Source of the DNA: an uncultured Dehalococcoidia bacterium
GTDB taxonomy: Bacteria > Chloroflexota > Dehalococcoidia > GIF9 > UBA5629
NCBI GenBank assembly: GCA_903929005.1
Contig: CAIYTC010000239.1
Coordinates: forward strand, 1-59,845
DNA: 59,845 nt
Direction: 5' to 3'
The position numbers and the translations under genes were made by a program. The notes under the pieces are model-generated. The model worked only from the letters and a program-made list of their open reading frames with translations, did not search any database and was not told the origin of the DNA. Below, piece by piece: positions 39,637 to 49,520 of the stretch (positions within the stretch are counted from its first letter, which is position 1; each line of letters begins with the position of its first letter).

Positions 39637-41321
39637 TTTACCTCCGTTTCAGCGTTTTCTTCGACGATCCTTGCTCCCATGCTTAAGGCGGCTTCAACCA
39701 GGTGGTTGCTGCTGGCAGGTTTTAATTCAGATTTTTGGCCCGGCAGCAGCATCACGCAGTTTACAGTGTACGTATGGCCAAAAACTTCCTGGAGCTTCTT
39801 CTCTATAAGGTGGAGATATTTGCGGTTGTCAATATAGCTCTTATGGAATTCGTGGTAGAATCCCAGCACGAGGTTTTCACCTTTGATCTCCACGGGTTCG
39901 CAGGCATGGCGCAGGCGGGCATCCAGGTTGCCCCCCGAGCCCTCGCCGCGCATGGAATTGATGAAATCCTTCCAGTGCTCCTGGAGATAGCTCAGGTCGT
40001 TGGGGTCATCCATCTTGAGGGGTTCGCATAGCATGGCCGTGCCAGACGGGGCAGATGCCAAATGGCCTGGCGCCGATAAAGGCGCTGAACCGGAAAGCGA
40101 TGTCTCCGCTACTTTAGACGGTTGGCTTACCAGGCCGGCCGGGCGTACCTGTTCAACAGGCTTGATGATACGGGGCGCCACCGGGGTGGTCCTGGAGGAT
40201 GGCCAGTCCCTGTTGACCGGGGCGTCGGCGGCCTTCTCCTTTGCATGCTGTGAAATCACGCTTTCGACCAGGGCCAGTTCAAGCGGCAGGGGGGAATAGG
40301 TGTCCATGCGCAGGTCCACGCTGCTGAACAGCTTGATGGTGTTCAATAAATAATCCAGGCTGGTGCTGCCGGCTGCTTTCTGCATCTCGGCCAGGTCGTC
40401 TGAAGTTGCGTCAATCATATCTGCGGAACCGGATTTGGCCAGCAGCAATTGGCGCAGGTAGTCCACCAGTTCACGGTTGAACTGCCGCAGGTCAAGCCCC
40501 TCGCTGGCCACGGAATTGATGACCTTGAGCCCGCATGAAACATCACGGGCGACAATATGCCTGGCAAGTTCGCGGATGCGCAGGTCTCCGCTGATGCCCA
40601 GCATGGCCTGCGCCTGCGCCATTTCGATAGTATTTCCGTAATAGGTGATGAGCTGTTCGAGCAGGTTGGTGGCATCGCGCAGGCTGCCCGTAGTAACCTT
40701 GGCCACCAGCTTGAGCGCCTCCGGGTCAATCTTGATGTCCTCCTGCTGGCAGATATGAGAGAGACGGGAGATTACCGCTATGCTGGAAAGCCGGTGGAAG
40801 TCGAAGCGCTGGCAACGCGAGGTAATGGTCGAGATTATTTTATGCGGGTCCGTCGTAGCCAGGATGAAAATAACGTGCGGGGGAGGCTCTTCCAGTGTCT
40901 TGAGGAAGGCGTTGGCGCCTTCCCGGGTTATCATGTGCACCTCGTCGATTATATAGACCTTGTACTTGAAGATATTGGGTGCATAGTTGACCCTTTCCTT
41001 GAGGTTGTTCATGTCGTCGATGCCGCGGTTGCTGGCCTCGTCGATCTCGATGATATCCAGGGCGTTGCCCCGGTTGATGGCCAGGCAGAAATCGCACTGG
41101 TTGCAGGGTTCACCCTCAAGCGGGTCCTGGCAGTTGACGGCCTTGGCCAGGATACGTGCGGTGCTGGTCTTGCCGCTGCCGCGCGGGCCGCAGAACAGGT
41201 AGGCGTGAGCGATGCGGTTGCTTTTGATGGCATTGCGCAGGGTCTGGACGACATGCTCCTGTCCGGCTACATCATTGAATATCTGGGGGCGCCATTTGCG
41301 GTAAAAAACCTGGGAAGTCAT
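39633..41321 (-). CDS. dnaX: DNA polymerase III subunit gamma/tau
   Basis: YRKWRPQIFNDVAGQEHV, Walker A GPRGSGKTSTARILAK, Zn module CNQCDFC, DEVHM, SRCQRF. Confidence 0.95.
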   Translation of the reverse strand: MTSQVFYRKWRPQIFNDVAGQEHVVQTLRNAIKSNRIAHAYLFCGPRGSGKTSTARILAKAVNCQDPLEGEPCNQCDFCLAINRGNALDIIEIDEASNRGIDDMNNLKERVNYAPNIFKYKVYIIDEVHMITREGANAFLKTLEEPPPHVIFILATTDPHKIISTITSRCQRFDFHRLSSIAVISRLSHICQQEDIKIDPEALKLVAKVTTGSLRDATNLLEQLITYYGNTIEMAQAQAMLGISGDLRIRELARHIVARDVSCGLKVINSVASEGLDLRQFNRELVDYLRQLLLAKSGSADMIDATSDDLAEMQKAAGSTSLDYLLNTIKLFSSVDLRMDTYSPLPLELALVESVISQHAKEKAADAPVNRDWPSSRTTPVAPRIIKPVEQVRPAGLVSQPSKVAETSLSGSAPLSAPGHLASAPSGTAMLCEPLKMDDPNDLSYLQEHWKDFINSMRGEGSGGNLDARLRHACEPVEIKGENLVLGFYHEFHKSYIDNRKYLHLIEKKLQEVFGHTYTVNCVMLLPGQKSELKPASSNHLVEAALSMGARIVEENAETEVK

Positions 41322-41413
41322 GGTGCACTAATTATACCCCAACCCCGCGGGCGGCTAAAACCGCCCTGTTTCAGCGAGTACGCTCAGGTTGTGATGCAAT
41401 GGTTGCCCTGCTG

Positions 41414-41422
41414 TGTTATAAT
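41414..41422 (+). promoter_or_regulatory. extended -10 promoter element upstream of rpsO
   Basis: TGTTATAAT (TG 41414-41415, TATAAT 41417-41422). It lies 34 nt upstream of the rpsO TTG start. The -35 is poor. Confidence 0.4.
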
Positions 41423-41456
41423 CTTGCGTTAGCAGATTTTTTACAGGAGTACGGTA

Positions 41457-41720
41457 TTGGACAAGGAAAAGAAGCAAGCAATAATGAAGAGCTATGCCAT
41501 AAACGAGAAAGATACTGGCTCTTCTGATGTTCAGATTGCGGTTCTCACCGAAAGGGTCAACCAGTTATCGGGGCATTTGAAGGAGCATTCTCATGATCAG
41601 CATACACGGCGGTCTCTTCTCAAGCTGATCGGGAGACGCAGGCGGCTGTTGGCTTATTTAAGCCGGGAAGACATCAACCGCTACAGGACCATCATCGGCA
41701 AGCTTGGATTACGCAAATAA
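41457..41720 (+). CDS. rpsO: 30S ribosomal protein S15
   Basis: TTG start 7 nt after AGGAG. DTGSSDVQIAVLTERVNQLSGHLKEHSHDQHTRRSLLKLIGRRRRLLAYL. Confidence 0.96.
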   Translation: MDKEKKQAIMKSYAINEKDTGSSDVQIAVLTERVNQLSGHLKEHSHDQHTRRSLLKLIGRRRRLLAYLSREDINRYRTIIGKLGLRK

Positions 41721-41743
41721 AAATAGATTAGAGGGTTTTTATA

Positions 41744-43942
41744 ATGCCCCAAAAATTTAAATGTACTCTCGGGGACAAAGAGCTTATCATCGAAACCGGC
41801 GATCTTGCCCAGCAGGCAGACAGCGCTGTTATAGTCCGTTACGGTGATACAGTTATCCTTGTCACCGCATGCATCAGCGACGAGGTCAAGGAAAACAGCG
41901 ATTTCGTCCGCCTCACCGTAGATTATGAGGAACGCCATTATGCCGTGGGCAAAATCCCCGGCAGCTTTTTAAGGCGCGAAGGGCGCCCGGGTGAACAGGC
42001 CACACTGGCGGCGCGCCTCTGCGACCGCTCGATACGCCCGCTCTTTCTTAAGAGCCTGCCCAACGATATCCAGGTCGTTGTGACCGTTCTCTCCACCGAT
42101 CAGGAGAATGACCCCGACGTTTTGGCCGTCATCGGCGCATCGGCCGCCCTGACGATGTCCAGTATCCCCTTCTACGGCCCTATCGGCGCTACCCGTGTCG
42201 GCTACATAGATGGCAAGATTGTGGTCAACCCGTTGTTGCCACAGATGAACGGCAGCTCGCTCGACCTGGTGGTTTCCAGCAGCCGCGACAATATCGTCAT
42301 GGTGGAGGCTGGCTGCAAGGAGATCTCAGCGGAGATTTACATTGAGGCGCTCAAGGTTGCCCACGAGGAGAACCAGAAAATCATTACGCTGCAGGATAAG
42401 CTCAGGGAAGCCCTGGGCAAGCCCAAGCGGGAGATTGAAGGGTTCAGCATCAACCCGGCCCTATTGTCAGCCATAAGCGCCGATTATGGGCAGAAGATGG
42501 CCGAGGCGCTGGAAAGCGTAGACAGGCAGGCGCGGCAGACTGCGCTCGGCGTCATCGGGAAGGAAGCTAAGGAGAAGCTCAAGGAAACTTATACTGATGC
42601 TGAAATAGGCAATGCCATCGAAGAGATATTAAAGAAAACCTGCCGGGCCAAGATATTGCGCACGCAGAAGCATGTTGACGGAAGGGACATCAAGCAGATA
42701 CGTAAACTCACTGCTGAAGTCGCCCTGCTGCCGCGTACCCACGGGTCGGGGCTTTTCTCGCGCGGGCAGACTCAGGTGCTGGCCATAACCACGCTGGGAT
42801 CGCTCGGCCAGGCCAAGACGGTGGATGACCTCGGACTGGAAGCTACCAAGCGCTTCATGCACCATTACAACTTCCCGCCCTATTCAAACGGCGAAGTCAA
42901 AAGGATGGGCTCGACAGGCAGGCGGGAGATCGGGCACGGCGCGCTGGCGGAAAAGGCTCTGGCAGCGGTAATACCCGATGAAAAGGAGTTTGCCTATACC
43001 ATCAGGCTGGTATCCGAGGTGCTCAGCTCCAACGGCAGCACCTCCATGGGCAGCGTATGCGCCTCAACCCTGTCGTTGATGGATGCCGGTGTCCCCATTA
43101 AAGCCCCCGTGGTGGGCATTGCCATGGGACTGGTGACCGATAAGGACGACCCCGGCAAATATATCGTCCTCACCGATATCGAGGGTATAGAAGATTATTA
43201 CGGGGATATGGACTACAAGGTGGCAGGCACAACCAACGGCATAACTGCCATCCAGCTCGACATCAAGCTTCGCGGCGTAAGCCACGAAGTGTTGGCCAAA
43301 GCTACATTGCAGGCCTGCGAAGCCCACGGGGTGATCCTTGACGTATTGAAAGGCGCTATACCCGAAGTCAGGTCTTACCTGAGCAAGTATGCGCCGCGCA
43401 TGTATAAGATAACCATCGACCCCTCCAAGATCGGCGCGCTGATCGGCCCGGGAGGCAAGAACATCAAGGCCATTATCGAGGAGACCAAGACGACCATTGA
43501 AGTTTCCAATGATGGCACCGTGGTCATCGGCTCAGCCAGTGAGGAATCCGCCCAGATGGCCATCCGCAAGGTGGAGGGGCTCACACAGGACGTCGAGGTC
43601 GGCGCCATTTACACGGGCAAGGTCACGCGCCTGCAGAATTTCGGCGCCTTTGTGGAAGTGCTTCCCGGCAAAGAGGGATTGGTGCATATCAGCGAGCTGG
43701 CAGACCACCATGTGGCCAGAGTGGAGGACGTAGTCAAGATCGGCGATGAGATAAGGGTCAAGGTCACGGAGATCGACCGGCTGGGCCGCATCAACCTTTC
43801 CCGCAAGGCTGTGTTCGCTGAATCGTCCGGCGGAGCTCCGGCTGACAGGCCCAATGTGCCGCCCGTGCAGCCAGGTGGGGGAAGGCCAGGCATGCCCCCG
43901 CGGGGGGCAAACAGGGACGAATCGAGGCGGCCGCCGCGCTGA
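41744..43942 (+). CDS. pnp: polyribonucleotide nucleotidyltransferase (PNPase)
   Basis: Two RNase PH domains (FLRREGRPGE; REIGHGALAEKAL), then KH (IGPGGKNIKAI) and S1 (GKVTRLQNFGAFVE). C-terminal tail is Pro/Arg-rich. Confidence 0.96.
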   Translation: MPQKFKCTLGDKELIIETGDLAQQADSAVIVRYGDTVILVTACISDEVKENSDFVRLTVDYEERHYAVGKIPGSFLRREGRPGEQATLAARLCDRSIRPLFLKSLPNDIQVVVTVLSTDQENDPDVLAVIGASAALTMSSIPFYGPIGATRVGYIDGKIVVNPLLPQMNGSSLDLVVSSSRDNIVMVEAGCKEISAEIYIEALKVAHEENQKIITLQDKLREALGKPKREIEGFSINPALLSAISADYGQKMAEALESVDRQARQTALGVIGKEAKEKLKETYTDAEIGNAIEEILKKTCRAKILRTQKHVDGRDIKQIRKLTAEVALLPRTHGSGLFSRGQTQVLAITTLGSLGQAKTVDDLGLEATKRFMHHYNFPPYSNGEVKRMGSTGRREIGHGALAEKALAAVIPDEKEFAYTIRLVSEVLSSNGSTSMGSVCASTLSLMDAGVPIKAPVVGIAMGLVTDKDDPGKYIVLTDIEGIEDYYGDMDYKVAGTTNGITAIQLDIKLRGVSHEVLAKATLQACEAHGVILDVLKGAIPEVRSYLSKYAPRMYKITIDPSKIGALIGPGGKNIKAIIEETKTTIEVSNDGTVVIGSASEESAQMAIRKVEGLTQDVEVGAIYTGKVTRLQNFGAFVEVLPGKEGLVHISELADHHVARVEDVVKIGDEIRVKVTEIDRLGRINLSRKAVFAESSGGAPADRPNVPPVQPGGGRPGMPPRGANRDESRRPPR

Positions 43943-43992
43943 CCTGACTGAGGCAGGGCCGGCAGCAAATTGCCCGGGGCTGTGTGATAGCT

Positions 43993-44796
43993 ATGTCTAA
44001 GATCAAAGTAGCAGTCAATGGAGCATTGGGAAGGATGGGGCAGCAGGTATTACATGCCGTGGTTGCCGATCCTGACCTGGAGCTTATCGCGGCCGCCGAC
44101 ATCAAGGCGGACCGGGATCGGCTGAGCGTGCCCGGGCAGGCCCAGGACGCGCCGCTGCATAGCAATTTAACTTCCCTGATTGAAATGTATCATCCACATG
44201 TTGTCGTGGATTTTACCGTCCCTGAGGCAGCTATGAGTGCTGCCAGGCTGGCGCTTAAAAACGGGGCCAACCTGGTGATGGGCACGACCGGCCTGAGTGA
44301 AGCCAACCTGAAGGAGATCGACGACCTTGCGCAGAAGCATAAGAAGGGCGCCGTGGTGGCGGCCAACTTCGCTATAGGCGCGATTATATTGATGCGCCTG
44401 GCGCAGATTGCCGCCAAATATTTTGATAATGCCGAGATAATCGAGCTGCACCATGATAAAAAGCTGGATGCGCCGTCGGGCACGTCGCTGGCCACGGCCA
44501 GGGCCATGCTGCAAGCGCGAGGCAAGCCTTTCCTGTATCCCAGGACCGAGAAAGAAACACTCAAAGGCACGCGCGGCGGACAGTCGGAGGGCGTATCCAT
44601 TCACAGCATCAGGCTGCCCGGACTGGTGGCCAGCCAGGAGGTCATTTTCGGCGCCCTGGGGCAGACGCTGAGCATCAGGCACGACACCATAAGCAGGGAA
44701 AGTTTTATGCCGGGCGTGATACTTGCAGTTAAAGAGGTCGTTAAGCGTCACGGACTGGTTTACGGCCTGGACACACTTCTGAATTTGGGAGACTGA
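43993..44796 (+). CDS. dapB: 4-hydroxy-tetrahydrodipicolinate reductase
   Basis: KVAVNGALGRMG NAD fold and IELHHDKKLDAPSGTS signature. Start could instead be GTG 43984. Confidence 0.92.
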   Translation: MSKIKVAVNGALGRMGQQVLHAVVADPDLELIAAADIKADRDRLSVPGQAQDAPLHSNLTSLIEMYHPHVVVDFTVPEAAMSAARLALKNGANLVMGTTGLSEANLKEIDDLAQKHKKGAVVAANFAIGAIILMRLAQIAAKYFDNAEIIELHHDKKLDAPSGTSLATARAMLQARGKPFLYPRTEKETLKGTRGGQSEGVSIHSIRLPGLVASQEVIFGALGQTLSIRHDTISRESFMPGVILAVKEVVKRHGLVYGLDTLLNLGD

Positions 44797-44797
44797 T

Positions 44798-45844
44798 ATG
44801 AACAATGTTAGTAACGGCTGCCATGTGGCCATTGTCGGCGCTACCGGCATGGTTGGACAGGAGTTTATCAAGATACTCCTGCAGAGACAATTCCCGCTGG
44901 CATCGCTGCAACTATATGCTTCCGACCGCTCAGCCGGCAAGAAGGTTTTTGTCGGGCACCAGGAGATAGTGGTCAAAGAGACGGCCAACGATTCCTTCGA
45001 TAGCGTTGATATAGCGCTGTTTTCGGCCGGCTCCGAGACCAGTAAGCACTTTGCCCCTCTTGCAGCCAAAGCCGGCGCGCTGGTTATCGATAACAGCGCG
45101 GCCTGGCGCATGGACTTGCGCGTGCCGCTGGTGGTGCCTGAAGTGAACGCCGAAGATATTAAGAAACATAAAGGCATAATCGCCAACCCGAACTGTTCCA
45201 CCATCCAGATGGTAGTGGCGCTTTACCCGCTGCACAAAGTGAACCCGATAAAGCGAATCACTGTAGCAACCTACCAGTCCGTTTCAGGGACCGGCGTAGC
45301 CGCAGTAGAGGAGCTTACCAAGCAAGCCAAGACCGTGCTGGAAGGAGGTAACGTGGTGCCCCATGTATATGCCCACCAGATAGCCTTCAACCTGCTGCCC
45401 GAGATAGACGTCTTCCTGGAGAATGGTTATACCAAGGAAGAATGGAAGCTGGTCGAGGAGACCCGCAAGATCATGCACGCCGAGCATATCGCTATCTCGG
45501 CTACCTGCGTGCGCGTGCCCGTCTTTGTCAGCCACAGCGAGGCCATACAGGTTGAATTCACCGACTATATGCCGCCGGATGAAGCGCGCTCGATTTTGAG
45601 CAAGGCGCCGGGTGTGAAGGTGCTGGATGATCCCAATGTCAGCCTCTACCCGCAACCGTGGCTGGCCGTCGGCACCGATGAAGTCTATGTAGGCAGGATC
45701 CGCTCGGACGCTTCCTACGTCAACGGCCTGGTGATGTGGGTGGTTTCCGATAATATCCGCAAGGGCGCCGCGCTCAACGCCGTGCAGATTGCGGAGGAAG
45801 CCGTCAAGTGCGGCTGGGTCAGGCAGCAGGGCAATAATAAATAA
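44798..45844 (+). CDS. asd: aspartate-semialdehyde dehydrogenase
   Basis: VAIVGATGMVGQE, active-site NPNCSTIQMV, SGTG. Confidence 0.95.
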   Translation: MNNVSNGCHVAIVGATGMVGQEFIKILLQRQFPLASLQLYASDRSAGKKVFVGHQEIVVKETANDSFDSVDIALFSAGSETSKHFAPLAAKAGALVIDNSAAWRMDLRVPLVVPEVNAEDIKKHKGIIANPNCSTIQMVVALYPLHKVNPIKRITVATYQSVSGTGVAAVEELTKQAKTVLEGGNVVPHVYAHQIAFNLLPEIDVFLENGYTKEEWKLVEETRKIMHAEHIAISATCVRVPVFVSHSEAIQVEFTDYMPPDEARSILSKAPGVKVLDDPNVSLYPQPWLAVGTDEVYVGRIRSDASYVNGLVMWVVSDNIRKGAALNAVQIAEEAVKCGWVRQQGNNK

Positions 45845-45859
45845 CCAGCGGAGGAAGAG

Positions 45860-46753
45860 ATGAAGAAGTTCGGGCGCTTACTTACGGCTATGGTGACACC
45901 GTTCGATGAGAAGGGGCAGGTTGATTATGAGCAGGCTAAAAAGCTGGCCAGTGCCTTACTCGCATCAGGCAGCGATGGCCTGGTGGTGGCGGGCACGACA
46001 GGCGAGAGTCCCACCCTGACAGCCGCGGAGAAGCTGCGCCTTTTTGCGGAGGTCAAATCCGCGGTCAGCGGCGACGCAACGATCGTGGCAGGCACGGGCA
46101 ACTACAACACGCAGGAGAGCATAGAGCTTACCGGGGAAGCCGAGAAGACGGGCGTGGATGCCTGCCTGCTGACCGTTCCCTACTATAACAAGCCCAACCA
46201 GGAAGGCCTGTACGAGCACTTCAAGGCCATCGCAAGTTCGACGAAATTGCCCTGCATAATCTACAATGTGCCGTCCCGCACCATAACCAACCTTGCGGCG
46301 GAGACTACGATAAGGCTGAGCAAGATGGATAACATAGCCGGTGTTAAAGAGGCCAGCGCGGATTTAGCGCAGATAGCCCGCATTATCGACGGAGTGGATA
46401 AGAAATTTTTGGTTTATAGTGGTAACGATGCGGACACCTTCCCCATTCTCGGTTTGGGTGGTTATGGGGTAATCGGTGTCATCACCCACCTGGTGGGCAA
46501 ACAGTACAAACAAATGATGGATGATTTCTTCGCCGGCAGGATAGCGGAGTCCGCCAGGCTGCACCGCAGCTTCATCCCGCTGGTGAACAGCATGTTCATG
46601 ATCGGCAGCCCCATGCCCATCAAGTATGCCCTGAACTACCTTGGTTTCCGGGTGGGCAAGCCGCGCCTGCCGCTGGTGGTGCCCGATGAGAAGACCCGGG
46701 CCGTCATTGAGCAGACGCTTCAAAGCTACACGATAGACTTGCCGCTGAAATAA
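45860..46753 (+). CDS. dapA: 4-hydroxy-tetrahydrodipicolinate synthase
   Basis: VVAGTTGESPTL, YYNKP, IYNVPSRT, and GVKEAS containing the Schiff-base Lys. Confidence 0.95.
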   Translation: MKKFGRLLTAMVTPFDEKGQVDYEQAKKLASALLASGSDGLVVAGTTGESPTLTAAEKLRLFAEVKSAVSGDATIVAGTGNYNTQESIELTGEAEKTGVDACLLTVPYYNKPNQEGLYEHFKAIASSTKLPCIIYNVPSRTITNLAAETTIRLSKMDNIAGVKEASADLAQIARIIDGVDKKFLVYSGNDADTFPILGLGGYGVIGVITHLVGKQYKQMMDDFFAGRIAESARLHRSFIPLVNSMFMIGSPMPIKYALNYLGFRVGKPRLPLVVPDEKTRAVIEQTLQSYTIDLPLK

Positions 46754-46810
46754 ATTTTGCCAATATTTGGGGCAGTGTCAGTGGGGACCGGCAAATTAAA
46801 ATACGAATAA

Positions 46811-47281
46811 TTACGACCAGGGGTAATGCCCTTTGCGGCTGGCAGCCCAGTTGTCGATGCCCTCGCTCCTAATCAGCTCCAGGTGATAAGCAAGGTTGGG
46901 GTGGAATTTCAGCAGCGGTTCCAGGTGCTTGCAGGTCTTATAATCGGGGCACTCCCAGCAGCCCATAATGCCCTTTTCGAGGGCGCAATTCCTGACCGGG
47001 CAGCGGCCGCCTTTCCATCCCCCGCCTTCGCGGCAGAGTGACCTGCATTCCAGCCCCCGTATAGCCTGCAGTACCCTGATAAACTCGGGGTAGCTTTTAA
47101 AAACGGAGTTAGATTCCGACCAGTAAGGCTGGCCTGCTTTCAGTTCCGCGTATTTATCGAAATGCAGTTCGCCGAGAAGCTCTTCAAAGCGGGATGCAAG
47201 ACTATAGAGCTCTTTTTGCGAAGGGATGCAATCCTTGCAGTAGAGCCCGCAGTAAGTTGTCAGGACGCTGTCTTCAGACAT
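46811..47281 (-). CDS. Cys-rich DUF3795-type protein
   Basis: YCGLYCKDCIP near the N-terminus and C-terminal CPVRNCALEKG..GCWECPDYKTC, the pattern I associate with DUF3795. Confidence 0.7.
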   Translation of the reverse strand: MSEDSVLTTYCGLYCKDCIPSQKELYSLASRFEELLGELHFDKYAELKAGQPYWSESNSVFKSYPEFIRVLQAIRGLECRSLCREGGGWKGGRCPVRNCALEKGIMGCWECPDYKTCKHLEPLLKFHPNLAYHLELIRSEGIDNWAASRKGHYPWS

Positions 47282-47287
47282 GGCCGT

Positions 47288-48571
47288 TCAGATAACGTTT
47301 TTGATTACGATGCTCTGGTCGCGGCGCGGGCCAATGGAGATGATATGGAAAGGGCACCCGATCAGCTCTTCCAGGCGCTTGATGTACTTGCGCGCATTGG
47401 CCGGCAGTTCCTTTGCTGTGCGGGCATCGCTGGTACTGACCTTCCAGCCGGGCATTTCCACGTAAAAGGGCACGCAATTCTCCAGCGCCGTCACGTCTGC
47501 CGGGAAGCGGTCAACCGTCTTGCCGCCTATCGTGTAGCCGACGCATATTTTCACAGCTTCCATCTCGTCCAGCACGTCCAGGCGTGTCAAGATCCCGCTG
47601 GTGAAGCCATTGAGTTCTGTGCTGTAACGCCCGACCACGGCATCGAACCATCCGCAGCGGCGCGCCCTGCCGGTAGTGGCGCCATATTCATGGGCGCGCT
47701 GCCGGATATACTCACCGACTTCATCCTTGAGCTCAGTGGGCATGGGGCCTCCCCCGACCCTGGTGGTATAGGCCTTGAAAATGCCGACCACGCGATCAAT
47801 TCTGCGGGGACTGATGCCCGACCCTATGCTGGCGCCCGCAGCCAGCGGCGAGGATGAAGTAACGAAGGGATAGGAGCCGAAATCGGTATCGAGCATGGTG
47901 CCCTGGGCGCCTTCCAGCACAATGTTGCCGCCCCTGTTTAAAAGGTCGCTGATCATGGAGGTGGTATCTTTGATATGGGGCGCCAGGCGTCTGGCATAGC
48001 CCATGTACTCGTTGAAAACCGCAGCGAAATCCAGCGGTGCGGCATTATGCATTTTGGTGAGGAGTTCGTTCTTGGATGCCAGCACACCGGCCAGCCTCGT
48101 TTTGAAGGTCTGTGACTCAAGGATATCGCAGGCACGTATGCCGCAACGCGCCGTCTTATCGGCGAAGGCCGGGCCGATGCCTTTCTTAGTAGTGCCGATA
48201 GCCCCCTCACCGCGCTTCTCCTCCTCCAGGCCGTCCAGCAGGATATGCCAGGGCATGATAAGGTGGGCGCGGTCGCTGATATGCAGGTTGCCGATATCCA
48301 CCCCCCTCGCTATGAGGCTGTCCATCTCTTCCAGCAGGACCCTGGGATTAATGACCACGCCGTTGCCGATGATGCAGGCGGCGCGGGGATAAAAGATGCC
48401 TGAGGGAACTATATGCAGCTTGAATTCCCCTTTGGGGTTGATCACCGTATGTCCGGCATTATCTCCCCCTGAAAAACGTATGACGGCATCCGCCTTCTCC
48501 GAGAGGAGGTCTACGATTTTGCCTTTGCCTTCGTCGCCCCACTGGGCGCCTATAACTGCTACAACTGACAT
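47288..48571 (-). CDS. purA: adenylosuccinate synthase
   Basis: GAQWGDEGKGK, GGDNAGHTV, GTTKKGIGP, GTTGRARRCGWFD. Confidence 0.96.
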   Translation of the reverse strand: MSVVAVIGAQWGDEGKGKIVDLLSEKADAVIRFSGGDNAGHTVINPKGEFKLHIVPSGIFYPRAACIIGNGVVINPRVLLEEMDSLIARGVDIGNLHISDRAHLIMPWHILLDGLEEEKRGEGAIGTTKKGIGPAFADKTARCGIRACDILESQTFKTRLAGVLASKNELLTKMHNAAPLDFAAVFNEYMGYARRLAPHIKDTTSMISDLLNRGGNIVLEGAQGTMLDTDFGSYPFVTSSSPLAAGASIGSGISPRRIDRVVGIFKAYTTRVGGGPMPTELKDEVGEYIRQRAHEYGATTGRARRCGWFDAVVGRYSTELNGFTSGILTRLDVLDEMEAVKICVGYTIGGKTVDRFPADVTALENCVPFYVEMPGWKVSTSDARTAKELPANARKYIKRLEELIGCPFHIISIGPRRDQSIVIKNVI

Positions 48572-48647
48572 TTTATTATCCTGAAAATAGACATACCTGT
48601 ACTTTTAAACACAGAATAAAGTCCTGGTATAATGCGAAGCGTAAAAG

Positions 48648-48869
48648 TTACCCCCGGGACATGTAACGTTGGCCCCAGGAATAGAGGAGGGCAGCGCCGC
48701 CCAGGATGAGCACCGCCAGACCGGTGAGTATGGTGAGGAAAATGAGCAGGGGCAGATCCAAATTTGCCCAGCGCATACCTGCACCCGCCATAGCTATACC
48801 TGTGATGATACAGGCCACTACCAGCCAGAAGAAGGTGGTCAGGCTTGCCTCAAAAACCCTGTCGCTCAT
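48648..48869 (-). CDS. small two-TM membrane protein, unknown function
   Basis: 73 aa with two hydrophobic helices (FFWLVVACIITGIAMAGAG; LLIFLTILTGLAVLILGGAALL). Same strand, 35 nt downstream of the CDP-alcohol transferase gene. No clear SD. Confidence 0.5.
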   Translation of the reverse strand: MSDRVFEASLTTFFWLVVACIITGIAMAGAGMRWANLDLPLLIFLTILTGLAVLILGGAALLYSWGQRYMSRG

Positions 48870-48904
48870 ATTTTCGCCGTCAGGCTATTATTCTAACTCC
48901 TTTT

Positions 48905-49501
48905 TTATTTTCTTGCCTGCCGCCAGGCGTGCACAAAACGCTGCCCGGCGGTTACAAAAGAAAGGACTACTACTATTGCCAGGGCAACAAACACCTGGTT
49001 AAAGAGCAGTCCGAGCGCCAATATTATAACCCGCTCGACACGGGTAAACAAGCCTACAGTGCAGTCTATATCCAATCCCTCCGCCCGGGCCCGGATATAG
49101 CTGGTCAGGAAAGACCCTATCAGGGCCAGGAAGATCAGCGCCAGTTGCCAGTTCACATTATACGGCCAGGCCCCAACGCCGGTGATAAAGATGAAGCTGA
49201 GAAACAGCGCCCCTTCAGTAACACGGTCCATGGTGGAATCGAAGAGCGCCCCGAACCTGGTGGTCTTTTCCATATAGCGGGCCAGTGCGCCGTCCAGCAG
49301 GTCGAAAAGGCCGGCCAGTAAAAATATCAGGCCGCCCCACAGCAGGTGCCCGAAGCCGATGACCACGGCCGCTACGAGGTTCAAAACCAGTCCGATGGTG
49401 GTCATCATATCAGGTGTAAGTTTGAGCTTGCTGATCAAGGGCACCAGCGGGTCTGTCAGCAGCCGGCCGGCTTTTCTGCGTAATTCCTGAAAATTTAACA
49501 C
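48905..49501 (-). CDS. CDP-alcohol phosphatidyltransferase (phosphatidylinositol-phosphate synthase suspected from context)
   Basis: Perfect D(x2)DG(x2)AR(x8)G(x3)D(x3)D motif: DLLDGALARYMEKTTRFGALFDSTMD. About 6 TM helices, 198 aa. Confidence 0.85.
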   Translation of the reverse strand: MLNFQELRRKAGRLLTDPLVPLISKLKLTPDMMTTIGLVLNLVAAVVIGFGHLLWGGLIFLLAGLFDLLDGALARYMEKTTRFGALFDSTMDRVTEGALFLSFIFITGVGAWPYNVNWQLALIFLALIGSFLTSYIRARAEGLDIDCTVGLFTRVERVIILALGLLFNQVFVALAIVVVLSFVTAGQRFVHAWRQARK

Positions 49502-49520
49502 TTTACTTTCCTTTCAATAA

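Noticed and set aside
39633-41321. Checked dnaX for a programmed frameshift or slippage site (A AAA AAG or a long A run) that would produce a gamma subunit.
   Set aside because: No such heptamer or A-run was seen by eye in the coding strand; the longest run seen is GCCAAAAATC near the 3' end. This was not an exhaustive computation.
41322-41456. Looked for an SRP RNA (ffs), which often precedes dnaX, and for a terminator (GGGCGG-CTAAAA-CCGCCC at 41349-41366).
   Set aside because: No SRP domain-IV-like motif or long helix is visible. The 6-bp hairpin is weak and has no gene to terminate. The region is better explained as divergent promoter space for dnaX and rpsO.
44167-45204. 345-aa minus-strand ORF opposite dapB/asd. 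Similar long shadow ORFs occur at 40557..41432 (+), 55166..56032 (+), 35249..36106 (+), 12025..12813 (-), 12885..13669 (-) and 51211..51834 (+).
   Set aside because: All are antisense to genes with unambiguous conserved motifs, and all lack SDs and recognisable domains.
48625-48633. Plus-strand TGGTATAAT extended -10 motif in the purA upstream spacer, which would drive antisense transcription into the small membrane protein gene.
   Set aside because: There is no plus-strand gene or structured element downstream, and the -35 is poor. It lies in an AT-rich spacer where such matches arise by chance. It may also overlap the real minus-strand purA promoter, which I could not define.
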